Below, one piece after another: positions 53,104-64,000 of a stretch of 64,000 bases of DNA (positions are counted from its first letter, which is position 1; each line of letters starts with the position of its first letter). The notes beneath the pieces were generated by a model. The model was not told the DNA's origin. It saw only the letters and a list, made by a program, of their open reading frames with translations, and searched no databases. The stretch is from Perna viridis. Lineage: Eukaryota. The DNA is taken from the NCBI GenBank assembly GCA_037379345.1, contig CM074517.1:5642001-5706000 (forward strand). The letters are read 5' to 3'. The translations under genes and the position numbers were made by a program.

Positions 53104-53567
53104 TTATGCTAGATCTTGCCGTAACTACGCAGACATTTTGTATTGTGCTACAAATGTAGACATCTTACAGTTAGGTTTTTTGAACAGGGTAATGTTGCTA
53201 CAAGATTGAAGATATCATTACAGAATGAATTCTAATTTCGTCATCATGAACTCATGTATCTTATTGTGTATCAAACTGCCCCATGAGAACCGATTTGTTT
53301 GCCGTGTCATATTTTTTGCTTTCCTCTTTCGTAAACTTAATGTGGGTGTTTCTAGAAAACCAGAGGACGCTTATCCTACCGGTGCATCTGGTCCTTGCTC
53401 CCTGTTTTAAGTGGAGTCCGGGTTGCTCATTTACTTTGCTTCTTTGTACATGTTATTTTGGTTATTTAACGTTCTATGTTGTGTGTGTCTGTTTTCCCTG
53501 TCTAGGCTTTATCCTTGGAATCTGAACTTTTAATTTCCGCTCGAATGTTAGTCCTCTTGATTACTCT
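53104..53567 (+). mobile_element. PLE family A, RT C-terminus plus 3' UTR, diverged
   Basis: YARSCRNYADILYCA... followed by TCTAGAAAACCAGAGGACGCTTATCCTACCGGTGCA...CTTGATTACTCT. Confidence 0.88.
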
Positions 53568-54309
53568 AGCAATGCATTAATTGTAATACAAAATCGTATT
53601 TGTTTTCTTTTATAACAAACCTTGAAATTACCATTCATACATTAACAAACAATTCTGGCAAGTTATTAAAACATGTGTAATAGTACATATTCTTGACACG
53701 TAACCGGCAAATACACCAAGTATAGGAACAGTCAGCTGATCGTCAGCGTCACTCATATCGTGCGTTTGAGTGATTAATACTGCGTTACGAAATATTTTCG
53801 AGGATTTTTGTGGTTAAAGACAGTAAAATTATATTCTCGAAGCTACCTTGCCTTATCGTAATAATGAACGAAATGAAGGGTGTAACGGATATACGGAAAG
53901 TGTCATCTTTTCCAGCTTTATTGTTGTACTAGTGTTATTCAAATATCAGCCCAAACTTGCTTACAAAGTAAAAAATGGGATTCCAATTTAGTAATTTTCA
54001 AATGTGACCGTGCTATATATTAATAATGTATGACATGAACGATATAATAACAACAATCGGATTAAAAACCTTCCACAATTCTAGGATCTAGTAATTACTC
54101 CATTAACTTGGTATGCTTGAAAAAGCATGTCCATAATGCTAATAGTTGGGTACGTTTGGGACAACACATAACGGCAGATACAAGTACAACTATGAAGATG
54201 TAAATATTGAGTAGAGGCATACTCATCATGCAAAAATTTTTATTTAAAGTTTATGAATTTATCAATGTAGAAGATAAAAAATTATTATTGTCGTCACTTC
54301 TAATCAATT

Positions 54310-54872
54310 AGATTAAACAGGCAACCAACAACACAACAAATATTCCGGAACAACATAACAGAGATCTCTGAATAATGCGACCAAAAATCCTGAACAAAAC
54401 GACATATTTCCCTTAACAACCCGACAGACATTACAGAACAACAAAACAGGCATCCCTGAACAATACGACAGACATCCCTGAAACCATGAAAGACATTCTT
54501 AAGAAACACAACAGACATCCCTTAAAACACGATACTTATCCCTGAACAACACAACAGACATCTTTGACAATACGATACACATCCCTGAACAACACAAAAG
54601 ACACCCCTTAACAACACAATAGATACTAGTAACCCTGAGCAATTCCACAAAAATCCCTGAAAAACACGACGGACATTCCAGAACAACACGATAGACATTC
54701 TTGAACAACACTACAGACTTCCCTGCAAAATATTACAGACATTCCCTAACAACACAACAGAAATTCCTTAACAACACGACAGACATCATGAACGGAACAA
54801 CAGACTTCCCTGAAAAACACAACAGACATCCCTTAATAATACGACAAACATCCCTGAAAAACATGACTAACA
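54310..54872. repeat. Degenerate ~22-bp minisatellite (AACAACACAACAGACATCCCTG), ~25 copies
   Basis: Recurrent ACAGACATCCCTGAA(C/A)AACAC units. Confidence 0.88.
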
Positions 54873-55440
54873 TCGCTGCATTTGAATTTATTAATCATTT
54901 TCCAATAGCACAAGTGACTAGTTATGACTCCCTCTGTTCCATAATATCCTTAATGTGAATTATTCAAAAGTACAACTCACTAAAATTTGCGAATCTCTTT
55001 ACGGTGTACGTTACTTATTTACATAGAGAGGTGTAGTCTACTACTGAGCATGACAGCGATGTTCAAATTTTGAAATTGAGAATATAAATGAACCACTGCG
55101 GAGGATATTATAAGTTATCTAAGTTAGCATCCGTAGATATGGAGATTTTAAATCCCTAAAATACGTTAGTACCCTAAGGCGAATCCGAAGGGTGTACGGT
55201 AGTACTGAGGTGTTTTGTTTGCCGGTGCTGGGTGCAAAGCTCTTGGCTCTTTTATCGAGGATTTCACTCGAATCGCTTCGCCATCTTGGACGCTTTCAGC
55301 AGTGCGCGTGACGTTCCCCGAGGAAATGTCTAGCAACCCCCGGTGATATGGCTTAGCAAGGTCCGGGGATATGGGATTTTGAGCGACGTGTAGCTAACCA
55401 ATCAAATTTCAGTATTGATACCCAGCCGGGGTTAATGACA

Positions 55441-55597
55441 CAGGTGCAACTGGTCCACGCTCCCAGTTTTTATTGGAGCCCGAATTGCTCATTTGCTTTT
55501 GTTATTTTGTATGTTATGTCTGTTTTTCATGTCCGGTCTGTCCCTGGATTACATTCTTTTGATTACCGCTATAACCTTGGTTCCCTTGATTACTCTT
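55441..55597 (+). mobile_element. PLE family A 3' end with internal deletion
   Basis: CAGGTGCAACTGGTCC...GATTACCGCTATAACCTTGGTTCCCTTGATTACTCTT. Confidence 0.9.
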
Positions 55598-57426
55598 TAA
55601 CAACTTCAAAGATGTACGATAACAACGTGATACACAATGTAGCCGTCACACTTTATGAACTAGCAGATGCAGGTAACAATACCCGACAGAATTCACGAGG
55701 GAAAGAGACCGGAAGTGCTAGTCTAAAATTGTAAATATTGTAACACTAGAAACAATAAAACAAATGAATTGGGTAACAGTACATAGCCTCGGGAATTACG
55801 TAGATACTTTGCAATGTAAATATGCACGTTTGTTATAAAGGAACATTTGCATTTAAAACAACGGTTTTAAATGCCATAGAAGTACCATATATCCTGTTAA
55901 TTTATTAATCAAATAATACATTGATTGCTTCTGTGTTTGTATATATCTTATGTGAAGAGTCTGGTTTTGTGCTTTGTTCCTTCAGTTATTTACAATGCAA
56001 TACTGTTATTTCGTGTACAAAGTCGTTATTACGATTTTATGGGACAGATAGTTCAAAAGGACAAACGAAATGGACAAGAACGAACGAAGAATGAAATGAA
56101 AATCGTTCTTTATATTATATATGTCTGCACAGAGTGCAAAAGGTTCAAGCATGATACTTTTGAAACTGGGCAGAATCTTTTCCGACAAAAAGCAATTTCT
56201 CGACTGAATGTCCCGAGTAAGTTTAGATGCAAACATAGATTAATCTGTGTCTGCGGCGAGCGCTTCAATTATAGTGCTGATACCGTAACTAAATGTCATC
56301 GATATATCAGTGATAGTTAATTTTCTTTTCTCTAATCAAAGACTGGAATGACTAAAGAAAAAGTCTAATTTTTCGAAAAATTTAAATATTGAGACAAGTC
56401 AAACACTTACTCATGTAATATTTCAAATAAGATTAGCCAGTGAAATGATTTGACATTGATAATTTCAGATATAAAACCCTAACTAACTGAAAAACAGTCT
56501 CTCAACATAAATGAAAGCGAAAAATATTTTCATGCGAGCTTTTGCAGTATGTATGTTCTTTTGTTCTTAAATTGGTGCATATATAATAAATAAACATGCA
56601 AGTATAGTGTTTATACTTATTAATGCAAAAACCATTTTTGAATCGGTATTATTATGCACACATTTCATCTTGGCACGTGCATTTTTCCAAATTTGATAAT
56701 TATAGATTATACTTGCATTTACTATATCGACTCTTGTATCAACATGAGACTTCCATATCTGATCGAGGCAGAGATATGTCGAAGGTCGATGCAAAGGACG
56801 ATATAAATGTATTGAACAAAACAATGTCATAACTTTTTTATCACTTGTTAGTGTCATTATAAAAAAAACTCTAGATGGCTATTCAGAGTCATATTTGAAT
56901 TAGATTCTTCATTTACAAAATATTAATTTGTTGAATTACTTTCATAACTGATAACGTTACCATTGACGACGATTTGATATCGATGGCAATGCTGTTGACG
57001 ACCAAAAAAGCATGCACATAAATTTATCGTTAGAAAATGAATTAGCAGAGGCTGAGGTAGGTGATAATACAACTTGGATCGAACTCGCAACACTAAATTA
57101 GTACAAGAAATGATTTTTTAACTATAAATGACATAAATATAAATGCATCAAAATGTCTTGGTTCAACGTTTTCAATCCTTCCAGATGTTCTACTAGAAAT
57201 GAGACAATTATTATTTATAGTTTAAATAAGTAACGATAAGGGACAAAATTGTGGTAGTAAAATTATGAAACCTGTTTTTATATTTACTAGAGTTAAATTA
57301 TAAGCTATTGTTCTTTCTTGTTTTGTTGATACATTTTTTGTACATTTATTTACAATTTTAATTAAGTTTATGGTCATCATGCATTTCTGTCTCAAGCTAT
57401 AAAAATGTGATAAGTTCTTTACATTG

Positions 57427-57515
57427 TATTTTCAATATTGCCTTGGTACCACCCCTCGATCTATATCAGAGTTTGACTATGTCTCTGGTTGATACGGAAG
57501 GCGATATTGAAAATA
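57427..57515. mobile_element. Short palindromic MITE-like element
   Basis: TATTTTCAATATTGCCTT ... AAGGCGATATTGAAAATA, 17/18 inverted match. Confidence 0.6.
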
Positions 57516-59092
57516 ACTTATACTTATTTTTTCAAGTTCTTTCGATGCATTTATACCCTTACAAATAATCGTTTCTCGAATAAAGCCTTCTCTAAACACA
57601 CAAAGAATAAAACAATACATCAATGCAAGAACATTTTCAAATAAGGTTTTGTAGTCTAAACTCCATGCCGCTAAGACTTGGTGAAATGTTTTATCTTCTT
57701 CTCAATGCTAGATTGTTTTAAAAAGAACTTTATGCATCGTCGAGAATATCGGACACTCATCTCGAAGCACCTTCTAGAATATTGGAAAGTTCAAATTATT
57801 GATAAGAAATTGATTCATGTTGGCTTTCAGTAATAAACTTGCTAGATCATCATGATTATATCTCATTTAAAAGATTACGTCAAAATTCAGCGACATGCAA
57901 GCCACATTGTGACTCTTTAAATCATTTAAAAACGTTTTACTGTCCCCTGTGTGATGACAAAAATAAAATTAATTGATATTTTTTGCAGTTGTTAAGCACA
58001 TGATAATGCATTCGACCTTTAAGACTTCTAACAGGTGCGTGTGACACGCAACTTGAGCTGTAATTGCCAAGACGTGATATGTTTCAAGAGCCATTATGAC
58101 GCTACTTTTTAGAACGAATATCCGCTATCACTATCTTAAAGACCAATTTGGTATAAATGTTGTTCGTAAAAGCTTACAAATAACTTATTTTTAAAACGTC
58201 TTAATCGAATAATACTACCTTTACATAGAAAGACGAGTTGTGCTCAGATGTAACAAAACGAACGCTGCATTAATAGGATGTAGTTTCTCCATAATAACTG
58301 TTCTCAACAATGCCTCTCCAACCGCGAAATGAAGCCATTAGTTCTTTTCTCAAGAAGAAACATACTTTTGAGACAGTGGCTACGCATACGAGCCAAATTT
58401 AATTGAACTCTTATATTGATCACAACCAATTTAAGTATTATGATGAATCGTTAAAGCCGATGCCAGAAGCACTCGGAAATAGTATGGTAGGCTACAAGCA
58501 TCGTCATTATAAAGCCTCTGTAAACTGAAAAACTTTCAGAATTTTCATCTTGCTAACAATCACGCGGGTCGGATTATGGGTTTCGAGTGCCGTAATTAAG
58601 AGGTTGTCGTAAAAAGAAACACTTTCTGATTGTCCATCATGGTAATAATCTTACAGAGTCGATTTACATTGTTGATAAACACTTAAGAATAAACACTTTA
58701 AAGAAAATTACTATTTATCGATTGCTCCTTACTGAAATGAGAAAAGAATATTAAGGCCACGCAATAAAAAGTTGTGTTCCGAAAGAAAAAAAATCAGTTC
58801 ATTCTAAGGTATAATTGATGATTGTTCCTATCATATAATTTGATCTTTTCCCATCGAAATTGTAATGACACATTTCTGTTATCAATATCTATTTTAGCGG
58901 AATATTGCGAGATAATTCTGATTTGTGTTCATCATATTATGCTATTTTAATTCATATTGGAACACTTGTGAAATTCGTATATAGCATATAATTTTTGCCA
59001 GGATAAAATTAGCCTCTATTGGAAGATAAAAACTGTACGTAACAGACTGCCATTTTCAGCTCTAGTTAATATTATCAGCCATTTATTTTAGG

Positions 59093-59398
59093 AACGATTT
59101 TAAATAAATAGAAAGGGTGAGAATGGCATGAAATATCGGTTAAAGGTAAATTAATAATACCGTTTACTGTCATAGACCATAAGTTGTCGTAGAATTGGAG
59201 GACAATGACGCTTTCGGTACATTACAATTGTAATAATAAACTGACTCATTTTCCACTTCGTCAGTTACGCCATATATACGAATCACTCTCATACCAACAA
59301 AAATAGAAAACGATTTTGCGTTCCAAACACATTCTGACATTCAAACAAATAACCCTAATGTTCACCATTCTCCGTCTTTTCTATTTATTGGAATCATT
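59093..59398. mobile_element. MITE-like element with ~36-bp imperfect TIRs
   Basis: AACGATTTTAAATAAATAGAAAGGGTGAGAATGG versus reverse complement of CCATTCTCCGTCTTTTCTATTTATTGGAATCATT. Confidence 0.55.
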
Positions 59399-61506
59399 TA
59401 TTCTCCGGTATTAATACCGTAGGTTACATGTATTCAACCGCTTAATTTATGATTGATAAAGGATTAACTGTACGAAAAGGTTTTTAACACAGCTACATTT
59501 ATTTTGTGTTGATAAATACTTACAGTTTACGGATAATTTTGTTTTATCTTTACGTCATTTTGTCCTTAGGAAGTCAACCAAATACCTGAAAATAATAAAG
59601 AAACAAGTACATTATTCCATTATTTGAAATATATTAATTTGTTCAGTGAGTTCATTTCGTTTGATGAAAAAAATCAAATTCACATTATCAGGTACGTATT
59701 GGGAGATACGGCTGGCACCGTACCAATAATTGTCCTTGGTATGACATGCCGTACCTGAAATTCCTGTCAAACATTTTTTTAAAACCATGATATTTTACTC
59801 TATCATTAATTTAGATAGGTTATAACATTTGAATGAGTCCTTCCCGCAGAACCAATCAAGATTTGGGCACTAATGTCATCGGTTTCTGAAGTAAGTGTTT
59901 TTATCATACATTTTGGTTACTTTTTTTTCACTTCTGGGAAAATTTCAGATAAAATTCTAAATTTTGTGAGTTAAAGAAATTAATCAATGTCCGAAAAAAA
60001 AATTAAATCCGACTTTAACCAAATCTCAATAAAACCAAAGAAGAGAGCCTAGTTAGCTCTAAATATGCAATTTCTTTAACTAACTTTTTACTCAATAAAG
60101 GTTAAAAACAAATGTACCGAACTGATAAATTCTAGGCAAAAGTCAGTAGGATTAGTCAAAAAAAGTACGTATAATATACGGCAATACCAATATTCAACAA
60201 TGATTCAGGCGACAGGCTTTACAGTTACTGTTTAGTTCTAAACACTCCTCATTGCTTGTCAAAATCATTAAACGAAATCTTGTAAATGTAAATAAGAAAA
60301 CCTCTCAGGATATGGTTTTATAGTTTTGAAGTGCTAAGCCAATTATACGAACAGCGATGGCGTAATTTTAAAGTCCTGGTGGAAAATTGAAATTCCATAA
60401 GAAGACCGTTACATGAAACTAAATCTAGAATAATCTTATCTTTCGTATTAAAAATGACCCTGCTTAATGCCGTTGTACTGGAAATTAATCATGTTAACGT
60501 CATTTATAAAGAAAATATTTCTTAATAGTCGTGGAGATCTCATGGCGTTACACTTTATTTTGTTTTTATTGTAAATGGATTAGTCGTAAGAAACATAACA
60601 AGTTGGTTTAATGACATGGGTTTTGTTTTGATATTTTGAATACAATTTATCATTAGCATAACAGATACTTATATAAAAAAATAGTATCGAAGCACAAGTC
60701 TTATAATAAACGTACGTTAGAATTAGCTGACACGCATCTCTAATATACATGAAGAGAGATTTTGTAAAGGAAAGGGCGATCCATCAAATTATATTAGAGG
60801 ATCCCAGACTATCATTTGCTCAGGCTATACTTTTAATAACAGATCGGAGCAAAATGTGTACATTAGAATGTAAAATCATTTTATTCTCTCATTTTATAAC
60901 ATTATTATGAAAATGAAGAATACATAATTTTATTTGTGTGTTGTGTATTCTATATTTAATTGCCCTTAATGTTTCAAATCTAATTTCATAGTCTTGCAAC
61001 TTGGTGTCTTCTTTTCAGTGGAAACTGAAAATGCAGAAATAATGTGCAACATCCATGGAAGAAAAGCTTGTCAAAACCATTTGTTGCATAGTTTGTATCT
61101 GAACACTAGTTAATGAATATTTTTTTTAATCAAGACATCTGTCTGCAGATTGTTGTCTTAGGTACAATATATCTGGTTTCCTTAATAGCTGTTTTCGGAT
61201 ATTTGTATAACACGAATGTTCTTTATATACAATTGTATTCTTTGTAACAAAAAGTAATATATTCGGTCACATCTTCTTAGTTTATCAAAATTACACTTTA
61301 CATTGCCACCAGTAAATCATAGATGTAACAAGGAAGTTTCAAAGACAAAATGGGAACAAACGCAAATGACAAATGATGTCTCGCCCATTTGAATTTGTAA
61401 AAATAATGATATACAAATTACATTCTATGAGCGTACAAATAGTTTTCTTCTTCCTTGTTCCATATAACAGCCATCATAACTCATTGAGTGATTCCCTACC
61501 AATCAT

Positions 61507-61778
61507 GCTGGAAGACAATAAATTTTCTCACTCTACCGTTACCTTAGTCAGTTCTTGAAACAAGAAATTCTTACTCTACCGATACCTATGTAAGTGCTGG
61601 AAACAAGAAAATCTCACCCTACCGATACTTTAGTAAGTGCTGGAAATAAGAAATGTTTATCCTACCGATACCTTAATCAGTGCTGGAAACAAGAAATTCT
61701 TACACTACCGATACTTTAGTCGGTGCTGGAAACAAGAAAATCTCACCCTACCGATACTTTAGTAAGTGCTGAAAACAA
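61507..61778. repeat. 43-bp minisatellite (TGCTGGAAACAAGAAATTCTCACCCTACCGATACTTTAGTAAG), ~6 copies
   Basis: CTACCG at 61533, 61576, 61619, 61662, 61705, 61748. Confidence 0.95.
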
Positions 61779-64000
61779 AAAAAAATTGTTATTGATAAAG
61801 ATTATCAACTTCGGCCACACAAATTTGGTTTTTAATCAGCCAGCATTCAGCATTACTCTTTATATGATAGGGTGGGTCAAAGATGAACATGCTTCCTTTA
61901 GTCGTAATAATATTGTAATTAAATGATTATATATAGTGTGTTGTTTTTAAGTATTTGTCAATCGAGAGTCAGCAACTTTATGGGCGATGCGTCAACGAAG
62001 TTACTTAATGGATAATTGCGACCGTCAAAACTGAAAATCTTCAAATACAATGCAAAAATTTCCATTTAGATACTATTGTCGAAAAAATATCAATGACAAC
62101 CACAATTAAAATCTATATAATAATGTATGCATATGCGTAAAATATTGATAAGACGAATTGTGGAATTTATTCCCTGAAATTGACTACGAAATTCAACTTT
62201 AAATTAAAGGTTGCATTGAAAAAAAAACAGTTCGTTTAATATTATCTACCAAAAAATATGTTATATATGAACACAGTTGGAGAGCTGTTTTAGGAATAGG
62301 AACAGAAAGAAAGATTACTATGTTAGTGAAAATTTTGATGATTGTTCATTTGCATATTATTACACTGTACATTATAAAGATCTTGTTATTTCAAGTAGAT
62401 ATTGTCTTGTTGACCGTTTGTTTAAGCTATATCTGCTTCTATTCAGATGATAGTCGTAATATTCAAGCCATGAATCACAAATCATGATTCACATTAGAAA
62501 GATTGTTGTCAAAATGAAAAATTCATTTTAAAAACAGCAAGTGTTAATTTTTTGTGCTTAGATTTGCTGAACTGCAAGTGTTGTAATACAGATAAATAAT
62601 TATGACTTTTCATTTATTCCATAAGAAGAAATTGAATACGGAAGTTAACTTAGTATGGCGCCAGGCAGCTTTACTAGCCTTTTCAAAAGCAAGACAAATG
62701 TTTTGAGAATACATTATACAGGGTGACTACGTGGAAGGAAGGTATTCATTATATTGTTCTATTTAATCAATTTTCACAACTATTATGTCAAACACCAATT
62801 TTCTCAGCAGTGAAGCGTGTTAATTAAAACAACTTAACGAGATTTTCAAGGCATCAAACTAACGTTCATACTGCTTCTAGTAAATTAGATTATCAGCTAT
62901 CATTCACAGATGCACTTTTCGCGAAAGAACGTATTCAAATCACGCTATTTTCTGATGCGGTGGAATTTTTCGTTTCAAAAATTCAATTAATTAGTCTAAA
63001 AAAACATTTAAATGAATCACATTTTAATGAAATAACTCAATGCGAATTCATTTATGAATTATTGGACTTGATTATATCAGCTTGAGTCAAACTATCTACT
63101 TTGCGTTGCATCTTTACATGTCATGAAGCATACATTGAACTATTAGCGTGTCTATATTTTATAAGCTTGTTAGACACGTACATTGTGTGTTCACTTATTC
63201 TAAACCAATTCAGGGATGACTTAATTTTGTTTTGTTTTTGTTTTTCTCTGAATTGGTGCGAGAGAAACAAATATTTTATGGCGCCGCGCGAAATATACAG
63301 ATAATTGATATGTTTTTATTCTCTACTTAAAGTCAAAACAAAAACAAAGCGAAACAGTAATTTATTCAATAAATTGTATTTTTCTGTAACATTTGATAGA
63401 ACAGTATAAAGCACTTTTTATTGCATGTTATGCCATTTTTTCTATCCATAAATATTGTATTTCAAACTATCCTACTTCTAGGTTCTGCAGTAACTGTAAC
63501 ACTAGTTTACAGATTTTTGTTGTTTTGTGGGAACATAGATTGAAGGGTATATTACATAAATATGTTTTCTTTGGTCTAAGCGACATACGATGTCTAGGGT
63601 TTACGGTTTAATATTATTATCTCCCTTTACCATATATCATATGTGCTATTAATTACATTATCATACAGTAACGATAGATCATAACAGGACATTTCCCTCA
63701 TGTATTTCGGGGTCAATAACGTTAATATTTATTCGTGCTGAAAATCTCAAAGCTCAGACTAAATTATAAACAGGAACAAAACAAAGGTGATCGATTGTTA
63801 TTTTTTTTTTTTTATATATTCAAATAGTAGATGGACATGTTTTCTGTATGAATGGTTTCTGATACTATTGTAAAATGTATTATCATTGCAGTTTTAAACA
63901 AATGTTAAAGAACTTGGAGCCAAAAAAAAATAATACAAATCAAAGAATAACAGCATAAAATAGGACGCAATAATATTTTTATTCAATTGTTTAACATGGT

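Noticed and set aside
14662-55734. Recurrent short ORFs such as MLPVFSGVRVAHLLL... and ...GLHSFDYRYNLGSLDYS as a small gene family
   Set aside because: They are readings of the PLE family A 3' UTR; frame and length differ between copies.

Overview
AT-rich eukaryotic DNA. The repeat content suggests a bivalve mollusc, which is an inference only. There is one clear protein-coding gene: an uninterrupted 689-aa class A GPCR on the minus strand (7301-9370) with the diagnostic residues of an invertebrate B-type muscarinic acetylcholine receptor. A splice acceptor lies 37 nt upstream of its ATG, so much of the upstream ~55 kb may be intron or regulatory DNA. The rest is repeat-rich: six minisatellite/satellite arrays (two with higher-order structure), microsatellites, tRNA-SINE and MITE remnants, a local segmental duplication, and about 14 fragments of at least three families of Penelope-like retroelements (PLEs) with a C-terminal RT (Naiad-type). 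One of these is a ~1.65 kb decayed RT ORF at 41280-42925, mostly missed by the ORF track. Most notable: the 3' regions of some PLE families carry a circularly permuted (P5-type) twister-ribozyme-like motif (41092-41187, 51078-51149, 31223-31261), while another family carries a different multi-stem 3' structure and a tandemly reiterated 38-nt terminus. All translations, alignments and folds were done by eye.
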